A DNA stretch of 64,000 nucleotides, taken from Escherichia phage vB_EcoM_G8. The position numbers and the translations under genes are program-made. The notes beneath the pieces are model-generated. The model was not told where the DNA came from. It worked only from the letters and a program-made list of their open reading frames with translations, and did not search any database. Position 1 is the first letter of the stretch. Each line of letters starts with the position of its first letter. Positions 28,720 to 39,678 of this stretch are shown piece by piece. Location of the stretch: the sequence record NC_054915.1. One strand, written 5' to 3'.

Positions 28720-29283
28720 TTACCATTCCAATGCTAGTTTTTTGAGTTGTTTCTGTTCTTTTACGTTCTTAGTCACTTCTTTCAAAAAATCATCCGTGAC
28801 TAAACCTTTAAGTTCTTTTAATACTAAAGGAAGTTTTCCATTTTTAGTAAGAATTGATTTATAGTTAATTGCATCATTTGTATTAACTTGATACCGCTTA
28901 GCAAGTAACTTAATAATCAATACTTCGGTGGAATCTTCAACTAGTTTTGCCCATTTACCATATCTTTTACCACGAGGAACTGCAGCCATTAGATAATTAA
29001 AATGAGCTTCATCACTTAAGCCTGATCCAATTAAATTCATAGCATATACAGCTGGCATGCACTCTGGAAATTGTGATAATGCATTTTCAACCATGAATTT
29101 TGAATAATCTTTTTGAGCAATAGAGCATTTAGTTTTATTATTAATAGCTCCAATTATTTCAAAAAATTCATTTTCAGCTTTTTCTTTAAAAGTATCAGCA
29201 GCAGATTGGACAGCTGTCCAATCTTTAGAATACCAAGCAACTTGATGCTCGTTTAATTGAATATCATCTTCAAATAAGCTCAT
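28720..29283 (-). CDS. 62: clamp loader subunit gp62
   Basis: start set at internal MSLFEDD (187 aa, T4 gp62 length). Confidence 0.85.
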   Translation of the reverse strand: MSLFEDDIQLNEHQVAWYSKDWTAVQSAADTFKEKAENEFFEIIGAINNKTKCSIAQKDYSKFMVENALSQFPECMPAVYAMNLIGSGLSDEAHFNYLMAAVPRGKRYGKWAKLVEDSTEVLIIKLLAKRYQVNTNDAINYKSILTKNGKLPLVLKELKGLVTDDFLKEVTKNVKEQKQLKKLALEW

Positions 29284-29284
29284 A

Positions 29285-30244
29285 TCACTTCCACTGCATT
29301 TCACATGCTAATTGAATGAAAAGATAAGCTAAATGCAATTCAGTATTAGCTGCAATACCATGATACTGATTATTTTCGCCGACAATTTCGTACATACGAA
29401 TAATACTCTGTGGAGTTACACGTGAATAGATTTCTTCGGCAAGTTTACCTACGAACCACGAATAATCGGCTGCATATTTTGGTGCTAAAGCTCTGAGTTG
29501 TTTAACATCTTTATTTTTGAGAGACTCAAGAACATCATCAATAGCACCACGATCGTTAGTAACCAGTGATAAAATACCAGCATCCAAAACACCTTTAGAT
29601 GAATAACTATCGAGCTCGCCAATAGTTTTACGAAAATCAGGAAAATTCTTTTTAACCAAAGCTGCTACAACTTTCATATCAGCTATAGCAATACCTTCAT
29701 GTTTACAGATTTCGGTCAACCGACGAATCATCTGCTTCATCATTTCAATTTTATCTTCATCGGTCGGTTGACCGAATGTGATAACTCGGCAGCGTGACTG
29801 AAGCGGTTTAATAATACCATCAATATTGTTAGCAGTAATAATAATACTACAGTTTGAGCTGTAAGCTTCCATAAAGGAACGAAGATGTCGCTGAGATTCT
29901 GCTAAACCTGAACGGTCAAATTCATCAATAACGATTACTTTTTGACGACCATCAAATGAAGCGGCGCTGGCAAAATTAGTCAAAGGACCACGAACGAAAT
30001 CAATTTTACAATCTGAACCATTCACAAACATCATATCAGCATTTACATCATGACACAATGCTTTTGCTACAGTTGTTTTACCTGTTCCTGGAGAAGGAGA
30101 ATGAAGAATAATATGTGGAATCTTACCTTTACTTGTAATAGATTTAAAGGTTTCTTTATCAAAGGCGGGAAGAATACATTCATCGATAGTAGATGGACGA
30201 TATTTCTGTTCAAGAATGTGTTCTTTTTCATTTACGGTAATCAT
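29285..30244 (-). CDS. 44: clamp loader ATPase gp44 (AAA+)
   Basis: start set at MITVNEKEH (319 aa); Walker A GTGKTT. Confidence 0.93.
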
Positions 30245-30275
30245 AATTTCCTCATTCAAGTTTTAGTGTAAATTA

Positions 30276-30295
30276 TAGAGGGCCGAAGCCCTCTA
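30276..30295 (-). promoter_or_regulatory. 8-bp C(UUCG)G stem-loop between genes 45 and 44
   Basis: plus strand tagagggc-cgaa-gccctcta. Confidence 0.55.
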
Positions 30296-30982
30296 TTAAA
30301 AATCGTGGGTAGAATCAGCTTCAAGAGCTACTACATAATTCGCGTGTTCACCTTCAAATTTAGCAGCGCCTTGTTTACCTTTTGCCCAGAGCAGAAGTTT
30401 ATAATTTCCTGGTTGCATTTTCATATTTGCCATATTGATAATGAAATTAAATGTATTTTCACCATCATAATCACCAAGAGTCAAAGAATATTTAACACGG
30501 GTCAGAGCAGAATCTTCTACTTTATTAAAACCGTTAATTACGATTTTACCTTCTTTTACCGTGATAGCAATTGTATCAATTTGCAGACCACGAGATACAC
30601 GCAACAGTTGTTGAAGGTCTTCAGCTTTAATTTCAGTAACAACAGATGCTACCGGGAATGGAATTGGTTTATTAGGAGCAACTACTGTACTCGGATCGGC
30701 TGCTGGCCAAAAAATTGTTGAGCGGGCATCAGCAATTTTAATATTTCCATCTTCTGACTGGGAAATTTCTGCATCATCATTAACTAGAGACAGAATACCG
30801 AGAAAACCATTCAAATCGTAAATTGCTACATCAAAATCAATAACGTCAGAAATATTTGCTTCCGCATAAGTTGTACCATTAACTGCGCGAGTCATAATAA
30901 ATTGACCGGATTTAAGCATAATTCCAGAGTTAATAGTAGCGAAATTTTTCAAAATATTCAGTGTATCTTTAGACAGTTTCAT
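30296..30982 (-). CDS. 45: sliding clamp gp45
   Basis: 228-aa ORF matching remembered T4 gp45. Confidence 0.95.
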   Translation of the reverse strand: MKLSKDTLNILKNFATINSGIMLKSGQFIMTRAVNGTTYAEANISDVIDFDVAIYDLNGFLGILSLVNDDAEISQSEDGNIKIADARSTIFWPAADPSTVVAPNKPIPFPVASVVTEIKAEDLQQLLRVSRGLQIDTIAITVKEGKIVINGFNKVEDSALTRVKYSLTLGDYDGENTFNFIINMANMKMQPGNYKLLLWAKGKQGAAKFEGEHANYVVALEADSTHDF

Positions 30983-31007
30983 GTAATTTCCTTCAATTCA
31001 AATGAGA

Positions 31008-31037
31008 TTTAATTTTATAACTAATTTAATAAAGCAA
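31008..31037 (-). promoter_or_regulatory. candidate MotA-dependent middle promoter for gene 45 (MotA box TTGCTTTA, -10 TATAAA)
   Basis: minus strand TAATTGCTTTAT...TATAAAAT about 25 nt upstream of gene 45 ATG. Confidence 0.5.
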
Positions 31038-31427
31038 TTAACGATTAAAATCAGCAGCAATTGTTTCCGCAACAATTTGAGCAGCAACAATTAGACGTTC
31101 ATCTGCATTACCGCAATAATCATCTTCAAGACGTTCACCGCATGAAGTCATAATAAATTTAGCACCGGCGTTTAGGGATTCTGTAGTATGTTTGCGCATT
31201 AGTTCAATCCATTTATTACTTACTTCACGATCGATAGCTTCATAATACGCATGACGAGCAGGTGCAGATTTAATTTTGTTCTGAATAACTTCCATTGCGT
31301 TATCAGAAAGAGACAAAACCCATGCTCGACGAATTTTATTTTGGTTTTGTGGATTTGATTCAGAACGCACGTGTTTTGGCTGAATATCTTTTACGTCAAC
31401 AGTATAATTCACAGTAATTTTAGTCAT
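31038..31427 (-). CDS. rpbA: RNA polymerase binding protein RpbA
   Basis: 129-aa ORF in T4 rpbA position/length. Confidence 0.75.
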
Positions 31428-31436
31428 AATACACCT

Positions 31437-31625
31437 TTAGTCATAATAATCAGTAACAGTCCAAGATTCATTTCTATTGGACATTATTTTTGTATATTCT
31501 GCTTTAAATGCATTCCTAAGCATAGATTCAGTAACTATATGCTCTTCATTAGAAAAATTATTTCTCAGAATATATCGTTTTATTTCAGGAATAGTTAATA
31601 GATGCTGTCCAGTTGAATATTCCAT
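31437..31625 (-). CDS. 45.2-like small protein
   Basis: 62-aa ORF. Confidence 0.5.
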   Translation of the reverse strand: MEYSTGQHLLTIPEIKRYILRNNFSNEEHIVTESMLRNAFKAEYTKIMSNRNESWTVTDYYD

Positions 31626-31680
31626 GTTTTTCCTCCATAGAGATTATACTCTAATAAATTAAAGCATAATCTCTTATAAA

Positions 31681-33363
31681 TTAAACCATTACAGTAAATC
31701 GACCAACTTTCTTCATTTGAAGATGCTGACCATATTCTTGCGGGTCATGGTCTTTATGCGAAATTATAAAAACATTAGTGTTTTTCATTGAATTTATAAT
31801 ATTAGCTACACCTTTAATACCTTCGGCATCAAATGACCCATCAAACACTTCATCGAGTATTAATGTACTAATACTAACACCAGATACAATAGAAGCAATA
31901 TCACGCCAAGTAAATAAAAGAGCAATATCAATTCTTGCTTTTTCACCTTCACTAAATGAAGCATAACTAAAATCTTCGCGACCACGGGATTTAATTGTCT
32001 CATTAAATTCTTCATCTAATGTAAACACATAATCCGCTTCCATTATTTTAAGATAATGGTTAATCTGCTTATTAAATAATGGAATGTACTTTTTAATAAT
32101 AGCACCTTTAATACCAGAATCTTTGAGCATATCAGTCAAAATTCCTCGGTGGTATTTTTCCATTACTAAATTAGTTTTTGTCTTAACAATTTTATCAAGT
32201 TCTTCTTGAAGCAGTGCTATTTCATCAGCATGGTCAATAAACTCAGAAGATGCTTTTTCTATAGCCGCTTTAACTTTTTTAGCTTTATCTACTGCTGCGA
32301 TCAGAGATTGCTTTTTATTGCGAATATCATTTGCCAACGACTGCTGAGTTTTAATATTATCTCGGTATTCATCAACAAGAACTTTTAAATTATCACGATG
32401 TGTTGAAAGCTGTTCAAACGAATGCGTGCATTCAGAAACTTTATCTTTAATTTTAGAAACAACTTTATCACCGGAACTCAATTGTGACAAACAGGTTGGA
32501 CATAATCCACCTTCGTGATACATATTAATGACTTTATTATACGAGTCAATTTTTGATTTAATTAAAACTGCTTCTTGACCGATTTTATTAAATGCATCAG
32601 TCGGGTCTTCATCTAAAACAATATTAACTAATCTTTCATTAGCTTCTTCTATTTCCGATTTTAGCGTTCTAGCTTCTTTTGCCAAATCATCATACATATT
32701 TTGCAGACGAGTAAGGTTGTCACCAGTTAATTTTTTCTGGCGTTCAACATTATCATTATATATTTTAATTTGTTGGATAATACTATCTTTTTTAACATCA
32801 AGCACTTGGTTTTGTGAATTTAATTCACGTATTAGTGCTTTATTAAGCTTATCCATTTCAGCTAATGTTCCTACCTCAAGCAGGTCTTCCACAAGCTTTC
32901 TTCGTGCAGGGGTCGACAAACCCATGAAAGGGGTATACCCTGCTGTACCAAGGACAACAATCTGCTTGAAACTGGCATATGACATTCCGATAAGCTGTTC
33001 AAATTCTGCTTGGAAATCTTTACTGCTGGCAGATTCATTAAGACGTGTACCGTTAACGGTGATTTCAAAAACGTTCGGTTTTTGTCCTCTTTTGATATAG
33101 TACTTTTTCTCATCATATTCCATCCACAGTTCAACTAAAAGTTCTTTCTTATTTGTGCTGTTTATTAATTGACCTTTCTTTACATCACGAAATGGCTTGC
33201 CAAAAAGCCCAAATGTGATGGCTTCTAACATAGTAGACTTACCACCGCCATTTCGGCCAGTAATAAGAGTTTTTTGAACCTTATCTAATTGAATGTCAAT
33301 CCCATTTTGACCAACTGACATTATATTTTTATATTTTACTCTATTAAGTTTAAAATTCTTCAC
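31681..33363 (-). CDS. 46: recombination endonuclease subunit gp46 (Rad50/SbcC-like ATPase)
   Basis: 560-aa ORF; Walker A GRNGGGKST, coiled-coil middle, signature/Walker B at C-terminus. Confidence 0.95.
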   Translation of the reverse strand: MKNFKLNRVKYKNIMSVGQNGIDIQLDKVQKTLITGRNGGGKSTMLEAITFGLFGKPFRDVKKGQLINSTNKKELLVELWMEYDEKKYYIKRGQKPNVFEITVNGTRLNESASSKDFQAEFEQLIGMSYASFKQIVVLGTAGYTPFMGLSTPARRKLVEDLLEVGTLAEMDKLNKALIRELNSQNQVLDVKKDSIIQQIKIYNDNVERQKKLTGDNLTRLQNMYDDLAKEARTLKSEIEEANERLVNIVLDEDPTDAFNKIGQEAVLIKSKIDSYNKVINMYHEGGLCPTCLSQLSSGDKVVSKIKDKVSECTHSFEQLSTHRDNLKVLVDEYRDNIKTQQSLANDIRNKKQSLIAAVDKAKKVKAAIEKASSEFIDHADEIALLQEELDKIVKTKTNLVMEKYHRGILTDMLKDSGIKGAIIKKYIPLFNKQINHYLKIMEADYVFTLDEEFNETIKSRGREDFSYASFSEGEKARIDIALLFTWRDIASIVSGVSISTLILDEVFDGSFDAEGIKGVANIINSMKNTNVFIISHKDHDPQEYGQHLQMKKVGRFTVMV

Positions 33364-33623
33364 AAAAGATTCCTTTTAATGTATCTTTTAGACCATTCTA
33401 TCATATCATCATAATCTAAAAAGTATTCATCAAATTCAGCCATGCAAACAACACCTTGTGCTGCTTTTGATGTGATATAAATTATTCCAACATATCTAGA
33501 ATCTTCTTCGGTATAATCAATATTTGCTATGAATTCATCATTAATGTCAAATGTCGAAAACTTCACAGTATGCATCCTTAATACAAGATACAGCCATATC
33601 TCGTAATGATTTAGGCGTGTCAT
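33360..33623 (-). CDS. 46.1-like small protein
   Basis: 87-aa ORF. Confidence 0.5.
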   Translation of the reverse strand: MTRLNHYEIWLYLVLRMHTVKFSTFDINDEFIANIDYTEEDSRYVGIIYITSKAAQGVVCMAEFDEYFLDYDDMIEWSKRYIKRNLL

Positions 33624-33810
33624 TATCTAAAATGTTGAAGTTAAAAGATACAGCCCAGTCAGTGCAGACTGTAACCTTTTTAATACAATTATCTTCAACC
33701 TCTAGTGGTTCAAACCAATATTCAATAATTTCTTTATGACCAATATCATCTTTTACTTCACATTCAAAATGCTGACTCATCACAACATTTTTAAATTCAT
33801 CAAAAGTCAT
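33547..33810 (-). CDS. 46.2-like small protein
   Basis: 87-aa ORF (overlaps 46.1 ORF in another frame; one of the two may be shorter). Confidence 0.45.
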   Translation of the reverse strand: MTFDEFKNVVMSQHFECEVKDDIGHKEIIEYWFEPLEVEDNCIKKVTVCTDWAVSFNFNILDNDTPKSLRDMAVSCIKDAYCEVFDI

Positions 33811-34826
33811 TGTGTTGCCTCTACATATAGCTGATTTGCATATTGAATAAGTGCTTCACGGTCAGAATCAGTGATGTCTGGAATTGCATTAATATACTCT
33901 TCCATCAACGTCTGAAGAGATTGAACTTCAACTTCTTCACTGTCATCTGACTCGACAGAGTTATCAATTTTTGACACAACTCGTAATGAATGCACAACTT
34001 TTTCTAGTTCAGATTCGAACTTCGTCAGATTTTTGTCTACCTCAGTTACTATAACACGTACTGATAGATTTGTAAAATCTTTATAGTCAATTTTTCCTTT
34101 AAATGGATAATGAATTCTACGATGCCAGGTAGTATTGTTTGGAATAAATTCCATTCGTTCTGTTTCTGTATCAAACATCCAGAACCCACGAGGGTCATTC
34201 TCGTCACCTGCAGTTAGTGTCCATGGTGTCCCAATATATCTGACGTTAGCAGCCTCAGAGATAGTATGGAAGTGACCAGACCACACTTCTTTATAAGTCT
34301 TAAGGAAATCAGGTTCAAGACCATGAGATTTCATTCCTTTATAAAAATAAAATCCGTTCAGTTCCCAGTGACCAACGCAAAAAGAAGCAGATGAAGTTTT
34401 GATGTGTTCAAGAATTTCACCAGTATTTTCTTCACACATCCAAGGAATTAAATCAATTAAACATCCGTCAAAATCTACTGTAGTAGGCTTATCATATACT
34501 TTAACATTAGGATATTTAGCCAAAAGCTCAGTAGAGGCATTTGGATGCATTACATTTTTGTAGTGGAGATCGTGATTTCCTACAATAGTATGTAATGTGA
34601 TTCCAGCATCATCAAGCATTTGAACTATTTCGCGAGCGAACTCCATAGTTTTATGCGTGATTGCTTTTCGCACATCAAAAATATCGCCGTATTGAATCCA
34701 TGTAGTAATTCCATTTTTCTTAGAATATTCTATTGCTTGTTTAATTCCATCAATTTGAATACCGCGAATCCACTCATCATCAGCTTTAACGCCTAAATGC
34801 CAATCACCTAAATTTAAAATTTTCAT
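33807..34826 (-). CDS. 47: recombination nuclease subunit gp47 (Mre11/SbcD-like)
   Basis: 339-aa ORF; calcineurin-like phosphoesterase motifs (GDWH, GNHD). Confidence 0.95.
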   Translation of the reverse strand: MKILNLGDWHLGVKADDEWIRGIQIDGIKQAIEYSKKNGITTWIQYGDIFDVRKAITHKTMEFAREIVQMLDDAGITLHTIVGNHDLHYKNVMHPNASTELLAKYPNVKVYDKPTTVDFDGCLIDLIPWMCEENTGEILEHIKTSSASFCVGHWELNGFYFYKGMKSHGLEPDFLKTYKEVWSGHFHTISEAANVRYIGTPWTLTAGDENDPRGFWMFDTETERMEFIPNNTTWHRRIHYPFKGKIDYKDFTNLSVRVIVTEVDKNLTKFESELEKVVHSLRVVSKIDNSVESDDSEEVEVQSLQTLMEEYINAIPDITDSDREALIQYANQLYVEATQ

Positions 34827-34986
34827 ATATCAAGAACCGTCATTGAAATGCAAAATAAAATTATTGAAATAAATCCATCTGGAGTGCTAAAGAACCCAAT
34901 CCAACATGCTTTAGTGAATAGATAAAATGCAAGAAAAAGTATCACATATCCAAGAAATATCATTATATCAAACTCCGTATAAAGCT

Positions 34987-35004
34987 AAAGGGCCGAAGCC
35001 CTTT
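34987..35004 (-). promoter_or_regulatory. C(UUCG)G stem-loop downstream of agt
   Basis: plus strand aaagggc-cgaa-gcccttt; same flanks as the 4317 copy. Confidence 0.55.
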
Positions 35005-36205
35005 ATTTTGTAATAATGTCAAACTGTTCTTTAAAGCAGAAGCTTGAATCTTGATGCTGATACAAAAATTCATAAGCTTTTTCGCGTTCACGGTCATAAA
35101 GAGTTCGGTCAGATGACAGTTCTTTAATACGCTCGAATGTTGATTCCATGTCATTTTCATCAAACCAAATGATACCGCTATCATGCGAGGTCAAAGGAGT
35201 ATTATCAACACGGAATTTTAAATTTTCGCCAGTAGATTTCCAAAATACCGGAATTGTTCCACATGCACCAAGCTCGAGATGAGTATATTCTAAAGAGCGC
35301 TGTAGATATTTTTTATCCAACTTACTCAACTGATAACCAAATCCGGATTTACTCATGCGTTCAAGCATTTCGCTATTTACATAACGGTCAAGAATTTGCG
35401 TTGGCAAATTAGGAGCAATTTTAATTTGGTCTACTTGATGAAGACGATAATACTCGTATGGAATTCCTTTTTCTTTAATAGGAATGAACGCTGGAGAACG
35501 TTCCAGACCTTCCATAATAGTACTTAGTCCTGCAGGTTTAAGATGTTTTTCATGAAAATCAAACATCTGATAAAAACCTTTCCATGTAGTCGTACGACCA
35601 ATCCAACGGTTGATATTCATGTTAATTTCAGAAACATCTTTCCAGTAGGTTGATCGAACCTTCGCAATATCCATAGGAGGCTGAAAGTTGTATACAGTCG
35701 GTGCTTCTTCAATATCATCAAACAGAGAAACTGTTTCTGGATACCATTCTTTCATCAGAACTTTATTAAAATCGCCATTATCAGAATGACTAAAAATAAC
35801 ATCAGCTCGACGAACAGTTTCTTCTAATCCCAAATTTCGGCGCAAAGAAAGAGAAGAATGGTCATGTTGATAAACTACAACACGAACCGAAGGTTTAATG
35901 TTATCAATAATTTTTTTATAGTTATTAATAGTGTCTTCTTCAACTGAAGTAGCAGGAACTGAATTGATAATTAGAATATCACAATCATTTACCAGCTTAA
36001 GTGTTTTATCGTATTCTTTTGCCAATAAAACCGGAATTGAAAATGATTTATAATCATGCGCACAGTTACGAGTAAATGATTTATCTTTAGCATAAACCAA
36101 AGTTACTTCATGACCATTTTTAATAAACCAATCACGCTGCTCAAGAGAAAATTTAGTTACACCGCAACCTTCAAGACCCCGAGCCATAAAAATGCAAATA
36201 CGCAT
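35003..36205 (-). CDS. agt: DNA alpha-glucosyltransferase
   Basis: start set at MRICIFMARGLEGCG (400 aa) matching remembered T4 alpha-gt. Confidence 0.9.
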   Translation of the reverse strand: MRICIFMARGLEGCGVTKFSLEQRDWFIKNGHEVTLVYAKDKSFTRNCAHDYKSFSIPVLLAKEYDKTLKLVNDCDILIINSVPATSVEEDTINNYKKIIDNIKPSVRVVVYQHDHSSLSLRRNLGLEETVRRADVIFSHSDNGDFNKVLMKEWYPETVSLFDDIEEAPTVYNFQPPMDIAKVRSTYWKDVSEINMNINRWIGRTTTWKGFYQMFDFHEKHLKPAGLSTIMEGLERSPAFIPIKEKGIPYEYYRLHQVDQIKIAPNLPTQILDRYVNSEMLERMSKSGFGYQLSKLDKKYLQRSLEYTHLELGACGTIPVFWKSTGENLKFRVDNTPLTSHDSGIIWFDENDMESTFERIKELSSDRTLYDREREKAYEFLYQHQDSSFCFKEQFDIITK

Positions 36206-36263
36206 AGTTTTCCTCTTTTCATTCAATAAATCATGTAAATAATATTTTATTTTCTATAAAACG

Positions 36264-37058
36264 CTACGAATAGGCCCAAACATATCCATAAGCAATTTTG
36301 CTTTTTCCAGATATGCACTTTTTAATATTAGACATGCATCCTTTAACGGATACAGCTGCGTCTTTAATTTTAGGAAATACTCGTAATAATTTTCCAGTAG
36401 TATCATATTGAAATACTGGCACATTTCTTTTCTGAGTTATCCCACGTTTAGATTTAGACATTTTTTGTTTAGTTGCATTAGACATCCTAGAGGGCTTTCC
36501 TATGTTATCAGAATAATAATATTTCCATTGAAATCCTCCAGCGGTTTTCCTTTTCCCATCTACACATTGTTTAATTGAACTTGAACAGCTATATGACATA
36601 TCTTCTGCAGCATCTGTAATACATCTATATTTGCGAATAAAATTTCCATTTAAATCATATTGATAAATTGGTTTTCCAGCATTTCGTCTAGCGTTAGACA
36701 TGTATTTTTTATTATCATCATCTTTCCAGAACTCTTTCATGCCTTCCGATATTGAGGAAGATACGGCTGTTTTAATCCATCCATACATTTTATTATTTAG
36801 TCTTGTTCCGTCAGAACTATAACACATCATACGAATAGCTAAAGCCAATTTAGGAAGTCTATAAATTTTAAATAATAATAAATGCGCGGTAAAATGTTCT
36901 TCTGGTGTCAAAAGAACTAAATTAGTTTTATCATCTGTACCACCCATACATCTAGGAATTATATGATGAGTTTCAGTATAGTATGTTAAAAGACTTTTAT
37001 CATTGCCTCTGTTTAGTCCTTTTTCGATCAGTAAATTATATATGTTTAAATAATTCAT
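36264..37058 (-). CDS. HNH homing endonuclease with tandem NUMOD-like DNA-binding repeats
   Basis: 264-aa ORF; HNH core HHIIPRCMGGTDDKTNLVLLTPEEH; two repeats of ...QYD..G..+..+.+I.DAA... Confidence 0.8.
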   Translation of the reverse strand: MNYLNIYNLLIEKGLNRGNDKSLLTYYTETHHIIPRCMGGTDDKTNLVLLTPEEHFTAHLLLFKIYRLPKLALAIRMMCYSSDGTRLNNKMYGWIKTAVSSSISEGMKEFWKDDDNKKYMSNARRNAGKPIYQYDLNGNFIRKYRCITDAAEDMSYSCSSSIKQCVDGKRKTAGGFQWKYYYSDNIGKPSRMSNATKQKMSKSKRGITQKRNVPVFQYDTTGKLLRVFPKIKDAAVSVKGCMSNIKKCISGKSKIAYGYVWAYS

Positions 37059-37091
37059 TTTAATTATTTTACCAAAAATTTATAAAGCAAT

Positions 37092-37111
37092 ATAGGAGCC
37101 GAAACTCCTAT
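37092..37111 (-). promoter_or_regulatory. stem-loop upstream of HNH endonuclease gene
   Basis: plus strand ataggag-ccgaaa-ctcctat. Confidence 0.4.
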
Positions 37112-37284
37112 CCGCATAATACGCCATACAAAGGCTCGTTAGAGCTTCTAAATTTTATACGCTTATATGTTATAGTTCCTTCTGCTTTAGCTTTATCATG
37201 AGACTCTTTAAAGCGTCTCATCATTTCTACTTTAGAGGAACGAATTTTATTATAATCTATTTCAGAAGTTTGGGTGTTCATCTT

Positions 37285-37491
37285 TCACAGTTGCCACCAA
37301 TTTTTGACTTGATAAGAATCAACCCACACTTTCATATTAGGGTCTGCTCTTACAATAGGAGGATTAACTTCTTTAATTGAACTATCATGGTATTCTTTTT
37401 CAGAAATTTTCACACAAAGATGACCATTCAAAGATTCAGTAAATCCTGCATTAATTTTAAGACGCTTGAATTTTACGTGTGTAAGCATCAA
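37285..37491 (-). CDS. hypothetical small protein
   Basis: 68-aa ORF. Confidence 0.4.
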   Translation of the reverse strand: MMLTHVKFKRLKINAGFTESLNGHLCVKISEKEYHDSSIKEVNPPIVRADPNMKVWVDSYQVKNWWQL

Positions 37492-37774
37492 TCATATCCT
37501 CAATCTGCGATCTAGTAGTCTTCCAAAGAATACTGATGAGTTCATCGTTATATGGCTGTTTTAGAATATCCCGACTTTTCTTGATAGCATATTCGTATTG
37601 AGCAAAATTATTATTTTCAGCTGCAATCTGAGCGTGCTTATAAAGACGATTCAGTTCGCGTTTGTTTTTAGACAATAACTTATTTGCTTTTCTTTCTGCT
37701 TCAAGACGGTTCTTTTCTTCAATAGAAGAAATAAGCTTTTCCACTTCATCATTAATTTCGGGTTTATCAGTCAT
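37457..37774 (-). CDS. hypothetical protein
   Basis: 105-aa ORF. Confidence 0.5.
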   Translation of the reverse strand: MTDKPEINDEVEKLISSIEEKNRLEAERKANKLLSKNKRELNRLYKHAQIAAENNNFAQYEYAIKKSRDILKQPYNDELISILWKTTRSQIEDMIDAYTRKIQAS

Positions 37775-37775
37775 A

Positions 37776-38021
37776 TTATTTCTCTAATATAAAATAAAAA
37801 TCATCATCTGTTAAATGATACCGATAGTTTAATTCTACACCATTAGATTTAAAAGCGGTATCATACGGATTTTCTGGATCAATATCAATGTCAAGAGCTA
37901 AAACTTCCCTGAGATACATTTTAAGTAAATAGGGAATAGCTTCAACTTCAGGTATTTCTTCCAAGAATCCGGAGAGGTTAATCGTTAGCCTCATATAAAA
38001 AATCCAAACTAGGAGAATCAT
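37776..38021 (-). CDS. hypothetical small protein
   Basis: 81-aa ORF. Confidence 0.45.
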
Positions 38022-38535
38022 CTACAACACTTTTCTTTTCAGCCCCCGGTGTTCTATAGGTTGATTCTTCGTAATGCGTCATTTTATCGTAGATGTCTTG
38101 AATAAAAGTTTCATCTACTAACGCAACCATATCGTCGTCACGACTGTCATAGACATTGTGAACGAAGTAACTATATTTCTTTGCAACTTCCTTACGTTCT
38201 TTTTTAATACGTTGGACGAATGCATTAAAACAAGCTTGAGTTATATACGCATGTGGGTTTTTATATTTCGTTTCATCAAAATTATGAAGCCCCTTAATAG
38301 AAGCTTCTATACCATCTGCAATCATTTCTTGTTTCCAAGACTGGGTGTATCCTGAAAAGTTGAAACGTTTAGATAAGCCTTCTGCAATAAGCATAATGGC
38401 TAATCCGATAGTATCATTCTGACGAACTACTTTATTTGGGTCTTTATTATTTGCTAATTCTGTTTTCCAATCAATAATAGCCTGTAAAAGCTCTTTATTG
38501 TTTACGTAATTATATTTAGGCTTAGTTTCTGACAT
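37978..38535 (-). CDS. 55: late-transcription sigma factor gp55
   Basis: start set at [23 protein letters not shown] (185 aa), matching remembered T4 gp55. Confidence 0.95.
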
Positions 38536-38613
38536 TTTCACCTCTTAGCTCAATTCATAGATCTATTATATCATAATATTTGAAGATCTATCTTAAAGCA
38601 TAGAGGATATCAG

Positions 38614-38883
38614 TTATCTAAGTAAGCAGTATGCTTGGAACACTTTCTCCATCATCTTTTTAAATTCATGAATATCTATGTAATGATCATTAATATCAGC
38701 GCGATATAAAAAGTCTAAAAACTTTTTATGGGTATTAGAATATTTACTTCCAGTTAATTCAGAAACATGGCTTTCCCAATATCCAACACCAGTTTTATTT
38801 GGGAAAAATGAAATTTTCATGTATTGGTCAACATAGAAAATACCAAAATTTTCAATAGCAATAGAAATATTAATTAATTTCAT
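38614..38883 (-). CDS. hypothetical protein (55.x series)
   Basis: 89-aa ORF. Confidence 0.5.
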   Translation of the reverse strand: MKLINISIAIENFGIFYVDQYMKISFFPNKTGVGYWESHVSELTGSKYSNTHKKFLDFLYRADINDHYIDIHEFKKMMEKVFQAYCLLR

Positions 38884-39095
38884 ACATTCATCAACTTAGC
38901 CGCTTCAAGAGCTGCATCTAGTGAATCAAATTGGTCAACATATTCAATCAATTCGCCGTAATTGGCATATAACCACCATTGGCTAAATTCATACTCAAGG
39001 ATGAATCCATTTCCTTCAATTTGAGTTAAACCAATGCCATTTGTATTTACTTCATATCCAGCAAGACGCAAATCGTTAATAAGAGCTTCGTTCAT
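38880..39095 (-). CDS. hypothetical small protein
   Basis: 71-aa ORF. Confidence 0.5.
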   Translation of the reverse strand: MNEALINDLRLAGYEVNTNGIGLTQIEGNGFILEYEFSQWWLYANYGELIEYVDQFDSLDAALEAAKLMNV

Positions 39096-39097
39096 AA

Positions 39098-39424
39098 TTA
39101 TACCTTAGTAATTTTCAGGTCTGCAAATTTTTTCTTGCGTTGATTTTTCATACGACGAATAGTTTTATCGGAAATTTCATGCTTTTGATAAGCTTTAGAT
39201 TCTACGCCAAAAGCTTTAACATCAAATTCTGACAAGATATATTGAACCAACAATTCACGGACAGTGTTGCGTCCAATCTTCTGATCATTCTGTTTCATCA
39301 TTTGATGAAGCTCTTTTTCCCATTTATCCAAAATTTGAGGAGTTACAATATCGCCTTTTTCTAGCAAAGAAACTACTTTATCATATGCGTAAGAATTAAT
39401 GACGTTTTTAATTTGAATAGTCAT
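39098..39424 (-). CDS. hypothetical protein
   Basis: 108-aa ORF with GAGG RBS. Confidence 0.55.
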   Translation of the reverse strand: MTIQIKNVINSYAYDKVVSLLEKGDIVTPQILDKWEKELHQMMKQNDQKIGRNTVRELLVQYILSEFDVKAFGVESKAYQKHEISDKTIRRMKNQRKKKFADLKITKV

Positions 39425-39463
39425 ACATTATCCTCAATTACGTTAAAATTTTATTATCCAAAA

Positions 39464-39479
39464 AAGGGCCGAAGCCCTT
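39464..39479 (-). terminator. intrinsic terminator: C(UUCG)G stem-loop followed by U6 on minus strand
   Basis: plus strand aaaaaa-gggcc-gaa-gccctt. Confidence 0.6.
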
Positions 39480-39678
39480 AGCTAAACTTTTTGGCACCCT
39501 TCCAGCCTTCGTACATCATTGCGGCTGATATTAATATTGCTCCTGAGCAACTTGAATATTTGTGATTCCAAAACCAGTTTAGAAAAACTTCGTCATCAAT
39601 ACCTTGTGCTATCATATTTTCAAAGAACTGACGACGAGCTTCAGCAATTCGCTGCGATAATTTAGATTCAGGATTCAT
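39478..39678 (-). CDS. hypothetical small protein
   Basis: 66-aa ORF. Confidence 0.5.
   Translation of the reverse strand: MNPESKLSQRIAEARRQFFENMIAQGIDDEVFLNWFWNHKYSSCSGAILISAAMMYEGWKGAKKFS

Noticed and set aside
34963-35184. Minus-strand 73-aa ORF overlapping the 3' end of agt in another frame
   Set aside because: Overlaps the conserved agt coding sequence and the downstream hairpin; no RBS.
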